DNA of 64,000 nt from Lama guanicoe (Eukaryota). Under the pieces are notes generated by a model. That model did no database searches and was not told the DNA's origin. It saw nothing but the letters and a program-made list of their open reading frames with translations. The position numbers and the translations under genes are program-made. The stretch is taken from NCBI GenBank assembly GCA_013239625.1, contig MU054187.1, positions 22,261,280 through 22,325,279 on the forward strand. The letters are read 5' to 3'. Shown here one piece after another: positions 12,705 through 25,600 of the stretch; positions within the stretch are counted from its first letter, which is position 1; the number at the start of each line of letters is the position of its first letter.

Positions 12705-14031
12705 TTTTCCATTCTTCAGTTTTATTAGGTAGCATTGTTACAATTTGACTGCACATATACGTGTAAGTACATATACACAATATATTACACATATTTTTTA
12801 AATTTATATATATGTACTGTTCATTGTTGCTAAGAATGTTTAGAGCTTTAGCTTTTTAAACTTACATAGTTATCAAAGGAATAAAGCCAACAACAAAATA
12901 AGAATTAATTCAAAAAGATACATACACCCTGCTATTAACAGCAACATTCTTTGTAAATGCCAAGATATGGAAGCATCCTAAATGCACATCAATAGATGAG
13001 TGGATAAAGAAGATGCAGCATATGTATGTAATGAAATACAACTCACTAATAAGAATGAAGGATATTTTGCCATCTGTGGCCCTTCATTCACTTTTTTTTC
13101 TTTTTTTCACTTCAAAAATGAGAATTTTATAACTGGCACAAACATTTCCATTGCATCAAAAGACAACAAAATACCCAGAAATTAATTTAACCAAAGAGAT
13201 TACCCATACTCTGAAAACTGTCAAACACTGATGAAAGAAACCAAAGATGATACAAGGAAATGGAAAGATACCTTGTGCTCTCGGATTGGAAGAATCAACA
13301 TTATCAAAATGGCCATACTACCCAAAGCAATCTACAGGCCCAATGCAAACCCTGTCAAAATACTCATGACATTCTTCACAGAACTAGAACAAACAATTCC
13401 AAAATTTATATGGAACCATGGAAGACCCCAAACTGCCAAAGCAATCTCTTGTAGGTCTTTTTTTTTCTCTCTCTCTCCTTTTTGTTCTCTTTTCTTAAGG
13501 CTTGATGACTAGAGAAGTTCCTTTAACATTTGTTGTAAAGCTGGTTTGGTGGTGCTGAATTCTTTGAGCTTTTGTTAGCCTGTGAAGCTTTTGATTGCCC
13601 CATCAAATCTGAACAAGAGCCCTGCTGGGTAGAGTGTTCTTGGTTGTAAGTTTCCCTTTTCATCGCTTTAAATATATTGTGCCACTCCCTTCTGGCCTGC
13701 AGACTTTCTGCTGAAAAATCAGCTGATAACGGGAGTTCCCTTGTATGTTATTTGTGGCTTTTCTCTTGCTGATTTTAATATTTTCTCCTTATCTTTAATT
13801 TTTGTCAATTTGATGACTATGTGCCTTGGTGTGTTCCTCTTTGGGTTGATCCTGTGTGGACCTCTGTGCTTCCTGGACTTGGGTGACTGTTTCCTTTCCC
13901 AAGTTGGGGAAGTTTTCAGTGATTATCTCTCCAAAAATTTTCTCAGGTCCTTTCTCTCTCTCTTCTCTTTCTGGGACCCCTATAAGGCGAATATTAGTGC
14001 ACTTCATGTTGTCCCAGAGTTCTCTTAAATA
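12705..14031. mobile_element. Rearranged composite L1 insertion (ORF2 pieces on +, ORF1 piece on -)
   Basis: ORF 13231 (+) [27 protein letters not shown] is L1 ORF2-like. ORF 13795-14007 (-) NIRLIGVPEREEREKGPEKIFGEIITENFPNL is L1 ORF1-like. Flanked by TGATCCTATTTT at 12693 and 14032. Confidence 0.85.
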
Positions 14032-15449
14032 TGATCCTATTTTAAAAACTCTAAAATGATAAGCACTATTATTGTTATTGACAGATAACGATATTATCTC
14101 AGAGCAAATATTTCAGGTCCTAAGATTTTGTTAGACTTTGAATGCAGGTGTCCCTTGGATCATCTTGGGGCTGGGGAGACAGGGCTCCTGTTAATCCCAA
14201 CTGGTTCTCCACAGATCACAGTATCACAAGATCCCTTATAGGGTCTGAAACATTTGAGACATTTCATTTCAGAGTCTCACTGGCAGCTGAAAGGTTTGGA
14301 AGTTATTTTGCATAAAAGAAACATATGTCCCATGAGCAAAATATCATGGTTTTGGAAGAAATACCATTTGTGTCACTTCTGTTGGCAAATATTCCTCCGT
14401 GCTGAGAATGCAAACTGTCATACTGAATAAAAATCGGAACTGTCAAAATAGAAGCCAAACAAGACATGGCAAAAGAGTATAATTTTTTAAATTAAGTTAA
14501 TTAAATAGGTAATTGAGCAAATAAATTCTGGAGTCAGATGAAGAGTGTTTCTGATGCATGATCTAATCCAGATACTGAGAGAGAATGCCTGTCAGCTGAA
14601 TTTCAGAGACTCAGAACCACCTGAGAGCCTTTGAACCCATGTTCCCCCCAGTTACCAGAGCAGTTAGTTCATAGCCCTCAGGGGCTCCCTGTGATCCTCA
14701 GAATTAAGGATGTCACATGACGCCTTCCTGGGGACAACACCTGCTCACTTCTGGCTTCATGTCCCACCTGTCCGTATCACCTGCTTAATGCTTCAGCAAC
14801 ACTACCAGTTGTTGGGATGTGTTCCTTGCACTCTTACATAGCACCTTAAGGCTGATCTCTGACTTAAACCTCCAGAAACTTTCCTAGGCTCTTTTGCTCT
14901 CATCCCTATGAATCTTGCTCTCATTTTCTATGTTCCCATAAATCAAGGTTCTTATCTTCATCACTGAACTTACTGCTTGAATCATCTGTTTGCTGTGCCT
15001 CCACCCTTACCAGATTGTGAGTTTCCTTGAAGAGGAGGAATATGTCTTGGCCATCTTTGGGTCTCCTGTGGTTTACAGCACATAATAAATGCTTGATAAA
15101 TGTCTAAAGGAAAAAGACAACAAGGGCCAGGATACTGTACTGGCTCCAGTTGTGTGCTAGATGATGCCAAAGACATTTGTGATATTCAGATATTTAGAAC
15201 ACTTAACTGTTGAGTACTATTCAAGGAACCAAAAGGTAAAAGACATAACCAAGAAAGCAGAACCACGTTTTTGAGTTACCATGTCAAGTCTTTGTAATAT
15301 CCTGGGACAGGTGCTGTCCTGGAAGTATTCTCCAAGTACTTTGAGATCCAGGTCAGTCCGATTGAATCAGTCTGCCAGACAGAGCTAAGGATTTCCGGAA
15401 CAACTGATAAATCTAATTTAATTGGTTGGCAATAAAATACAGATTTTTA

Positions 15450-15635
15450 AGGTGTAAGGCTAGCTTTGAATCCATTTATCAATGTGATCTTGATTAACCT
15501 CTCTGATCTTCAGGATTCTTACCTGTAAAAGGGGATAAAAATCATTCCTCACTCATAGGGTTGGCATGAGTATTAAATGAGATAATACACGCTTGATACA
15601 ATGCCAAGTACACAATGAGCACTCGATCGCTAGTA
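15450..15635 (+). mobile_element. MIR SINE remnant
   Basis: tgtgatcttg...acctgtaaaaggggataa...tagggttggcatgagtattaaatgagataat, a MIR core. Other MIR remnants lie near 4000-4190, 20520-20660, 38110-38300, 41700-41880 and 44500-44720. Confidence 0.7.
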
Positions 15636-16377
15636 ACTTATTTTAATGTTGGCATTCTTTGTAACGACCTATCTGAAAAGAGTGGGAGGATGCTAGAGAA
15701 TGGGATAGGGGGTCAGTATTAACAAAAATGTAGATGCTGGAAAACAAATGGTTTGTTCAGGATAAAGTGACAATAGATGAGATTGGAAACCGTTTAAATT
15801 ATCTGGCAATTTAAAGGTTGCCTAGCATGGTCCCATTGAAAGGATGCTGAAAGTTAAGAATGAGGAGAGCCATCTCCTAGTTTAAGCTTTTCTGCTGTTA
15901 TAGCACCCATTGAGCCTCACTGAAGCTCAGCACCTTCACTGGTGATGAAGGGATATTGATGGCTGCCCACTCCATCTCCCACACCCACAGTAAGTATTAG
16001 TAATAAATTTTTCTTTTCCATCTAGCTGGGCAGTTTTCAAACGACTGAAGTCAGCTCAGGTAAAACGAGTCTGCAGTCTCTGGCTAGATGGTGTCTCATG
16101 TTCTTTTCAGCTGTGCTAAACCTAGACTTTTTAGGTAATTGAAAATTGTTATGTTGCTCTAAAATATCCGTATTAACACTGAATTGAATAAGAAACTTAG
16201 TACTCTAGAGACCAACACTCAAGTCTAAATCACATGTAGACCTTATGTTAAGGTCTAGTAAGATAATAATAATTAGATATGCGTTTATCATAAAGTTATT
16301 ATAAGTTCAATGAATGTTGTAAAGGTTATTCGTGCTTACCCAAAGTTTGACCCGATTTGGGCTTCATTTCATTTCAG

Positions 16378-16549
16378 ATCTGAAAATTCACCTCCAGACC
16401 ACGGATTATGGCAACTTCTTGGCCAATCAGACAAGTCCGCTTGCTGTCTCCACCATTGACACGGAGATGAGGAAAAAGCTATGCAGAGAATTTGAGTATT
16501 TCCGGAATCATTCCCTGGAGCCCCTGAGCACCTTTTTCACATACATGAC
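16378..16549 (+). CDS. ATP6V0D2: ATP6V0D2 coding exon 2 (172 nt)
   Basis: Acceptor catttcag|AT. Reads (D)[56 protein letters not shown](T). Donor AC|gtaagt. Phase fits exons 1 and 3. Confidence 0.98.
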
Positions 16550-17120
16550 GTAAGTGGTCACAGGAAGCCCTTCTCCTCCCCAGTGTGACTGCGCCAACCA
16601 CCCCCGCGACAGATACGGGTGGGGTGTTAGGCTGGCATGAGGCTTGAGACCTTTAGCATTGTTTGTGAGGTTGAATACATTCAGATCTGAACAGTCGATG
16701 AGCTCCCAGAGCCGCATTTTCAGCGTTAGAAAGCAGAGTACGTTTATTGATCCACGTGATTCTGTGGGCGGCGGCGGCTTCCGTATAAAGCAGTGTTTTC
16801 ACTTAAAAACGTAAGTAAAGCTGATGCTTCAAGTGTTCCGGCTGTTGGAACTGAAGGGCGATGCCACGTGACATTTTCGGATCACTTGTGCGGATGGGGC
16901 TGAAATACCCCAAATTGTTCTTGAGCGATCCCTTGCTTCCCCGCGCAGCCGCCGAAGGGGCTGGTAGTCGCATGTGCTTTATGTCCATCCTGCTCCACCG
17001 GCAGTGGTTCCAGTCTTTAGGTGTGAAGGCCCTTCTTCCTAAAAAATGTTTGAAGTTCTGTACAACAGTAAATTGTATTTATTAATCCAGTTAATGAATT
17101 ATTTCCAGTGTTCAAAACTT

Positions 17121-17790
17121 TTAAAATTGAAGTATAGTCGTTTTACAATGATGTGATAATTTCTGGTGCGCAGCATAGTGATTCAGTTATACACACACAC
17201 ACACACACACACATATATTCCTTTTCATATTTTTTCATTATAGGCCATTACAAGGTATTGAATATAGTTCCCTGTGCTGTACAGTAGGACCTTGTTTTCT
17301 ATCTATTTTATGTATTGTATTTAATATCTGCAAATCCCAGTTTCCCAATTTATCCCTCCACCCCCCCAACTTTCCCCTTTGATAACCACACGTTTATTTT
17401 CTATGTCTGTGAGTCTGTTTCTGTTTTGTAAATAAGTTCATTTGCATCATTTTAAAGATTCTACATAAAAGTGATATCATATGATATTTGTCTTTCTCTG
17501 TCTGACTTGCTTCACTTAGTAAGATAATCTCTAGGTCCGTCCATGTTGCTGCAACTCTTTTATGGCTGAGTTGTACTCCATCTTCTTTATCCAGTCATTT
17601 TTACACGGACATTTAGATTATTTCCACGTCTTGGCTATTGTAAATAGTGCTGTTATGAACATTGGGGTGCATGTATCTTTTCCAATTAAAGTTCCCTCTG
17701 GATATATGCCCAGGAGTGGGATTGCCAGATGATGTGGTAACTCTATTCTTAGTTTTTTGAGGAATCTCCGTACTGTTTCCCTAATGGCTG
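17121..17790 (-). mobile_element. Camelid-type L1 3' fragment containing a (CA)n tract
   Basis: attgaagtatagtc...ggaatctccgtactg. Degenerate TSD tccagtgttcaaaactt (17104) and tctagtgctcaagactt (17791). (CA)n at ~17191-17213. Confidence 0.9.
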
Positions 17791-17864
17791 TCTAGTGCTC
17801 AAGACTTCAGACCTCTCTAGTTGACCTACCTGACAGCTGGGAAAGAACACCCACAGTATTTGAG

Positions 17865-19030
17865 CTGTTTATTGTAGATACACAATTTAGATCTAATATA
17901 CAAAGTTAGGAATACCAGGCCCCGGCCCTAGGCTGGCTGCGGAAGGCATAAAAGGAAAATTCCCCTCTATTCACATGTCCCCTTCTTCCTCACTCAGTTC
18001 CTCTCCCCCCAAATAAGCACTTCTCAGTTTCTTCCATAGTTTTCTAGAAAAAATATTTGCATTGTGTAGCGTATTGATACACACTCAACCCACCCTAGCT
18101 CCACATTTCAAATGTCGACAAATGGAGACACTTTTTTCCTCCACTTACTATTTCTTAGAAATGTTCTCATGGACATCATTCTCTTTTAATAACTGCATAG
18201 GTGTTCGTGTTTGGTGTTACATCCTAACTCAATTTACCAGGCGTCCATTAATAACTTTTTTTCCATTACAAACAGTTTTGCAACTAGCTTACTACTGGGC
18301 AGGTCTCGAATTTATTTCTAAGCTGAATTTCTAGCAGTGGAAGTCGTGAATCAAAGAATGTCGCTTTTTTGTTTTGGTAAATTTTGCTAAGGTTGAACAC
18401 AATGAAAATAATGCCAATTTGCACCCCCAAAACAGTACGTGAGAAGGCCTGTGACCCTATACCATTGTCAGCACCAAATACTATCTTTTTAATGATTGCT
18501 CATCCAATAGGTTAAAAAAATTGTATCTCTTTCCTTTAATTTATATTTCTTTATTAGCAAAATGGAACATCTTTTCACACTCACAATTCATGTTTTTGCT
18601 ACCTGCCCAAACACTGTCCATTTTTTTATTGAAATATTCAGCATTTTTTTGTTGATATGTACGGGCTCTTTGTAAATTAAGAAAGTTAGCCTTTCATTGT
18701 GTTGCAAAATTTTTGTCTTAATGTGAAATAATTTAATTTTTACAGGTTTTTTTTTTCTGTTGCCATAGAAACATTGAAATTTTTTAATTAGCTGTAATGG
18801 TCAGTCTTTCATTGTAGTCTTCTGATTATTGTGTCCTGCTTAGCAAGGCCTTCTCCACTCCAAATAAATAAATTCCCCTGTCTTTTCTGCCATTCTTTTG
18901 TTGCTGTTTTTTCCTTTTTTGTATTTAAAACTTCGGTTCACTTAAAATTTATTTTGGTGCAAGGAATGAGACTAGGAATCCAGATCAAATTGTTTTCACC
19001 AAATAGCTCTCTCGCTGTTTCGTGTACCAT
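17865..19030 (-). mobile_element. Ancient L1ME-like fragment
   Basis: Degenerate antisense L1 ORF2-end motifs (aatttgcacccccaaaacagtacgtgaga; aaatttattttggtgcaaggaatgag). Confidence 0.55.
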
Positions 19031-19925
19031 TTCCATAAATAAGCGAGTGGAAGAAATGATCATAGTTCAAGGCAGGAAGCAATCGCTGATGTGCTGAGAC
19101 AGAGACTGAGGCTCAGATTGCCTTTGTTCCTTGCTTGTGCGATCAATTCTCCTATCAGCGCTGTAGCCTAGGGTTTTATTTATAGGCAAGAAACATGCCA
19201 ACATTTTTTTAAGAATCCACCAATAAACAACTAGTCAGGGGTGAAGATCAGATAAGAACTTAGGTCTGACTCAATCCAAAGCTGAAGCATTTTCTGAGAA
19301 GGATTCTAGAAAGCCTTCCCTGAAGGGCTGACTTTGTTGCCTCGCCTGGAAACAGGGTAGAATTTGAGATTCAGGAGAGGGCTGAGCGTCTGGGGTTGAA
19401 GAACGCATGATGAACAAGTGGTCAGTTTTGGCTGAAGTAGGTTGTGCAGAAAAGGAAGGAGAGAAATGAGGAAAGGAGGCTAGAGAAAGAAATTCTAGCC
19501 CGATTACGGACTCTTCAGTGGCAGGCTAAGGAAGCTGGGCTTTATCACGTCAGAGTATTTTTCGTGTGTATGTGTGTGTTGTTGGTATCTGCAAGACCCT
19601 TAAAAATAAAGATCTTAAGCAAAACCCCAAATGTAAAAGAGGTGTAAGAAAAGGCCAGCTTTGCTCCCAGGATTCCTTCTTTTCCATAATGGTTGTGGTG
19701 AAGTAGAACATGCTCGAGCTTTGGACTGAGCCAGATCCGAATTCATATCTAACCTAATCTAAGCCTAAGAGAAAGTCTTTGCGAACAGTGATGCTTCCTG
19801 CACAAATGTCTGGCACGGGTAATTATGGAGACATTAGAAGTTCCTGAGCTTGAGACAGGAGGGAAGGGAGAGCAAGATAAAGAGATGAGGTTAGAGGGAG
19901 GTTCCAAGTCACAGCACCAAGAAAG

Positions 19926-20478
19926 TGTTACCCCACAAGAGGAAGGAAAAAGACCCCAGTCCTTGTCTTACCCGAAAGAGAAGAACTCAGATGGGAGACG
20001 GAGCATTGTGTAGTGAAAGATTTTAAAGGTTTTATTAGCAAAGGGAACGCACGCCTCCAAGAACAGGAGGAGGGCTGATCCCAGGGCAGACAGCACTGGT
20101 CCCTGTTTGTCCCCTTCTCTTACATCCTCGCTTGGAGGTGGTCTCTTGACTGATTGACGGCTTTTGCCCCTGGAGGGCTTAGTCATGTTTGTCCCCTTTT
20201 GCGCATGTCCTTACCCGTGATGCACACAGAAAAAGCTGTACAGGGGAGCCTAAACCGCATGCTAATTATATTACAACAAGCACTGGGCCACGTACGGTTA
20301 GGTCCTTGTCATGACCCTGCAGTTTTCGACTGTCGAGTTCTTACCGGTTTCTTGCGGGCACTCATTTGGAGGAAGTGAAGCCCCTTTATGCTGAGGTGGG
20401 CAGACCACCGTCTTCCAGACCATCCTCCCACTCCTCCGCATATCTGCCCAGTGCCCCCGTTTATCTAACTACCTAACA
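19926..20478 (-). mobile_element. ERV1-like LTR
   Basis: TGTTA...TAACA termini. Antisense AATAAA (tttatt ~20031). Minus-strand start tgttaggtagttagataaac. No clean TSD seen. Confidence 0.7.
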
Positions 20479-21447
20479 AGCTGAAAGACAAGACAGCCCT
20501 GGTTGTGTGGCAGTAGGAATGACAATCCAAATGCTAGACAACACCTATGGACTGTTCCTGTATCCCAAGGCTCTGCTAAGTGCTTTACAGACATTGTCTC
20601 ATTTATCGCTCCTGACAGGTCTTGCTCGGTTCTCACCATCCTCATTTTAAGGATGAGGAAACAAATCTGAAAAGTGGAGGAGTTGTGATTTGAAATAAAT
20701 GTTAGCAGTAGGCTTTATAAGATGATTTTGCTCAGATTTTAGATGAGTTCAGAAAATCTGACCCTTGATGATGAGAGAAAAGCGTCCAATTTTAAATGAA
20801 TCAGAAAGCTGCCAGGTTTTGTACTTTAGGGGTTGAGAAACAGTCTCACATGACGGAAATCTGCCCTAAATATATTAGGAAATACTCAAGCTTTAAGAAT
20901 GACTCTGAGTCGGTTTGGTCAAAGGTCCTTCTTACATGATGATTCCATGATTTGTTTCCTAATTGCAGAATCTGAAACCTGCAAGGAGCCTGAGCATTAA
21001 TTAAGCAAGCTGTCTTATTTCATACAAATTACCATGTTGGTCTAGTTAAAATATACTGTTTCTTAAAAAGTTACTTAAAATTCCAAATAATTCTAGTTAT
21101 TAGCAATGTTTAAAAACTATGTATAAGAATACAGATAATCACAAAGCCCTGGGGCAGAATGCTGATGCAAAATTGGACATGGAAACACAGTTTTGATAGT
21201 ATTAGTATTGTTAGCAGTGTTAGTGATGGACATGTTTTAATTTATCTTCTGCCTCTCTCTCTGTTTCTCTCTGCCTCTTTGTCTCTCTCTCTGTTGGCTA
21301 TAAACTCTTTGAATAAGTTCTTTCAGTATCTCTATCTGGACTCACAAGTGCATAATGGACACTGAATATTTGTTGAAGTGATACATAATCATGTATTTAG
21401 TAATACCTTACGCAGAGCCAGAAAAATACTTCCAGACAATTCAGAAT

Positions 21448-22106
21448 ATTTTTTTTAAAGTTTTATTGAGTTATAGTCATTTTACAATGTTGTGTCAAAT
21501 TCCAGTGTAGAGCACAATTTTTCAGTTATACATGAACATTCATATATTCATTGTCACATTTTTTTCCCGCTGTGAGCTACCACAAGATCTTGTATATATT
21601 TCCCTGTGCTATACAGTATAATCTTGTTTATCTATTCTACATTTTGAAATTCTAGTCTGTCCATTCCAACCCCCTGCCCCCTTGGCAACCACAAGTTTGT
21701 ATTCTATGTCTATGAGTCTGTTTCTGTTTTGTATTTATGTTCTTTTTTTTTAGATTCCACATATGAGCGATCTCATATGGTATTTTTCTTTCTCTTTCTG
21801 GCTTACTTCACTTAGAATGACATTCTCCGGGAACATCCATGTTGCTGCAAATGGCGTTATGTTATCGGTTTTTATGGCTGAATAGTATTCCATTGTATAA
21901 ATATACCACATCTTCTTTATCCAGTCACCTGTTGATGGACATTTAGGCTGTTTCCACATCTTGGCTATTGTAAATAGTGCTGCTATGAACATTGGGGTGC
22001 AGGTGCCATTTTGAAGTAGGGTTCCTTCTGGATATATGCCCAGGAGCGGGATTCCTGGGTCGTATGGTAAGTCTATTCCTAGTCTTTTGAGGAATCTCCG
22101 TACTTA
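21448..22106 (-). mobile_element. Young 5'-truncated L1
   Basis: Open ORF2 C-terminus MFIAALFTIAKMWKQPKCPSTGDWIKKMWYIYTMEYYSAIK (21750-21992, -). Perfect 14-bp TSD AGACAATTCAGAAT at 21434 and 22107. Confidence 0.95.
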
Positions 22107-22494
22107 AGACAATTCAGAATTTTGTATTTTATATAATGCTTGACAATTGGTTATTTACTGGCCAACATGTTCAGGGTAAAAAGCAGATGTCATTTTTGTG
22201 TGCCTAGGTCAGTGTGTACAATATATACTGTTTAATCTGTTTAGTTAAGGCTTGCATTCTCCAATTAGCCACAGTCTCCAACACTTCTTTGGTCTCATGA
22301 CCTTCAGGCATTTAAGTTGCTTATCAGACCCATGAAGAAACTTACTCTGACGTAGATGTTTCACCTGCATCTCTACACCAGAGTACTACAAAGAAGTGTT
22401 TACGTCTCCAGTTTTCAAATTAGGGAAATGGAGGGTCAATGATTTATGTATATTTCAATATTATTAAGAGATCCCAGGCCCATCAGTCTAGAAA

Positions 22495-22680
22495 GCTAAT
22501 GATCCTGCATTGGCTCAGTAGGTAATAAAAATGCAAGCAAATCAGAAATACCTGTGGGTCTTTGAAAAATAAATGTGTTCCTGATCCCTGTCCCAGGGTA
22601 GTCTAATCTAGTTGGCCTTGGCGAGGGGTCCACCTGCATTTGGAAGGCACCCAGATTATTCTGGTGTGCACTGCTGATTA
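22495..22680. mobile_element. MER5-like hAT-Charlie fossil
   Basis: atcagaaatacctg...ttcctgatccc...cacctgcattt...cccagattattctggtgtgca, a MER5-family pattern. Confidence 0.55.
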
Positions 22681-25600
22681 AAAATGTCCCATTATGGTGC
22701 CTCAACTACATGACTTGGAGGTCAGTTTCACAATTATTCTCATGAATTTTTTCACCACAGTTAAGTACAGGGAAGGCATTCTCTCCCCGTCAGGGATCAG
22801 AGAACTCAACTGCTCAATCCGTGATTTGTCCCGCCATGTCCTGTGACCAGCCAGCCCCACCAGCACCCAGGTGTGCTCTGCAGAGCCTAGAGATGTTATC
22901 ATAGCAGAAGGTGTACCTACGCAGGAGAGTTGTCTCACAGTTCTGAAAACATTTTTCTTACTTCTCTTCTAGAACGTGTTGCAAAGTTAAGTGTCTATCT
23001 AGCACCTGCGAACTTCCATCAGTAGGATTACTTCCTGTCCTACTAGGAAATGCCGAGGGCATCATTATGAAAGTGAAGTCAGTCAACCCTGATAGAAAAG
23101 GTCTAAATTTAAGTTGGTAAAATAAATATAACCTAAGCATTGCCCATTTGTGTGCTATAATTACTGTATATGTGAAACTTGCTTTGAGCATCTGGAATGG
23201 ATATTTTTAAATGCTTAGTAGCAAAGAGATCTGGAGGTTTTGCATACTATAATTACACACAGTGGTGTGAAACAAAGAAATGAATCCAGTAACATTTTAA
23301 TGAAAAGACTATATAATATAGACTTGGATTGTTTTGTTTTTCTTCCCTCCTACTCAACACTTTCCAGCAGCATTTTGATTTCTCCTATCTTTTGAGATTA
23401 GCCATCTTTTAGTATTCAAAATTAGTATTTATAAATAATTAGAAATTTTAAATAAGTACATTTTTCTCAATATAGGCAATATACATTTTTCTCAATGTAG
23501 AAGGGTTATTCATTTTCTCAATATAGTATGTCGAAGGAAATGTAATCTTCAATACTTCCCACTAGTATCAGCCAAGAATTGTAGGTGAAGGACCACTCAG
23601 AGAACAAACCTTTAAGGAATCATTTATAAAAGCTAATCAAAGTTCTTGGCTCTCCCAGTGATGCTTTACATCCCTTGTGCAGGCTTCACGCTGTGTGTGC
23701 GGTGAGGGGTTCCACTGCTTGGTTTCCTATAAAGGGTTTCTCAGGGAAGTCCTTAGCAAAGTGGATTAGTTGTTTGCCCCATCACTTGTTCGTCAAAACC
23801 CTGAATAACGTAACTCTGAGTCACTGAGAACTTACATTCCAATGGAGCAGGCAGATGTGTCCACAAAGGGCAAACAAATAAGACAGAACTAAGCAACAGC
23901 TGTAATAGAGGCTTGAACACTCCGTGGGAGGACTCTGGAGGGAGAAATAACTAATTCTGATCTTAAAGGATTTTTCAGAGAAAGTAGAATTTGAACCAAT
24001 AGTTCGACTGGGCATCAGATTGAAGGAATAGTCTTGCATCTGAGGCATTCAAATGTTTCATATCTGGAGATGACAAGTCATCTCAGGTAGGGCTGGAGCC
24101 TAGAGCAGGAGTGTGGACTGGCTACCAGAGTCAAGAGCCTGGCCCGACTTTGGGATTTGGCCTAAGTCTCTGTAAGTGACAGCCAATCAAGGAGAGCTTT
24201 TCAGAATGGGTGCTGCCATTTGCATGCTTCAGGCGCCCGCGTCCTCGCAGCTAGTGAGTACAGACGCCGAGGTGCGGCATCGGGCACTCCAGCTAGCATT
24301 TCAAAGGTGCTGCTTTTCCTTTTTTGTTTATTTATTTTTACTCTTCAATTCTTACTGCCTTGAAAAGTGAGGGGGAATGATCTGATGTGTATTTTAGGAA
24401 GATGAATCTGTTGATGTGGTGAAACATGCATTGAAGAAATGGGACCTGAAGCAGAGAAACCATAGAGGAAGTGATTTTAAAAGCTTTAGACTAGAAATAT
24501 CAACAGTAGAGAAGGAAAGGAGAGGACAGTGGTTAGATGCATTTGAGAGGTAGACTTAACAGAATTTAGCGTCTTGATCTGTGACGAGTGGGGGAAGGCA
24601 GTTAATGGTTCCTGGGAATCTTAAGCTAAAGGAGGAAAGAATTTGCAAATAAGATAAAGGATTTTGTTTTTATTCCCAATCAAAGAGAAGCAGTAGCCCA
24701 TTTAAGTTAGATAAAATTATATAAATAAGTCAGCCATCCTTAATCTCACCATGATTTAACATATTTTATACTCTTTCTATCCATTTTGGAAGCATTAAAG
24801 TCACTCTGTAAAAATAACTTATTTTTAATATATATAATCAGCATTTTTTTTAATGTCAAAAGTCTTTCTAATGTTTTTAAATGACTATATAGACTTCCAT
24901 TTGGTTGTGAACATTTCAGATGTGTTTCACGTCTTCCTTACCTCTAAGTCTGCCTAGTATTTAATTTGTTAAATTCTGATTTCAGGAATCAAATTCCCAG
25001 TAATATTATGAGACTGACTATTTGACAGCACTGTGCATTTGTGATTCTGATCCTTTGGCCTGAAAAGTTCTTCTGGAACCGATTGCCCCAACTGGAAGGC
25101 TTTATATCCAGAGAGTCCACGTGAACGTTCACAGGGAGCGAGTGCAGGGCGAACGTGTCTCAGCTCCAGCGGCTGATAAAGCCTTCCGCGTGTAGAACTC
25201 TCAAGCACTTGAATTGAAAACCACTGGTGCTCTTCTGCAAAAGCGATCCTTTGTCTGTAACTGAGTGATTTCACTTGATCAGCATAACATTCATTGACTG
25301 CTGTGAATGAAGGCCTATGCTAGGTTCTAAGATTAGAGATAAACTGAATACAGACTTTGTTCTCTAAGCCCAGTGGAAGAGTTACTTAAGGTGCAGATTC
25401 TAAACCATTCCTCTAAAAATTATGTTTTAGTGGGTCCTGGAATGTGGTCTAGGAGTCTACACTTTCTTTAAGCCCTCTGGTGACCCTGATGCCAATGAGA
25501 AATTCCCAAGTGAGCAGGTAGGCTGAGTCTACGATGTACCAGTTGTGGGACCCTGAAAAGAGTTCCTTGGTCACTCAAAGGCTTGGTTTCCTCATCTAGA

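Noticed and set aside
23457..23526. Three near-copies of cattttt(t)ctcaatatag
   Set aside because: A short degenerate tandem duplication in AT-rich intron. Not CRISPR-like, and no sign of function.
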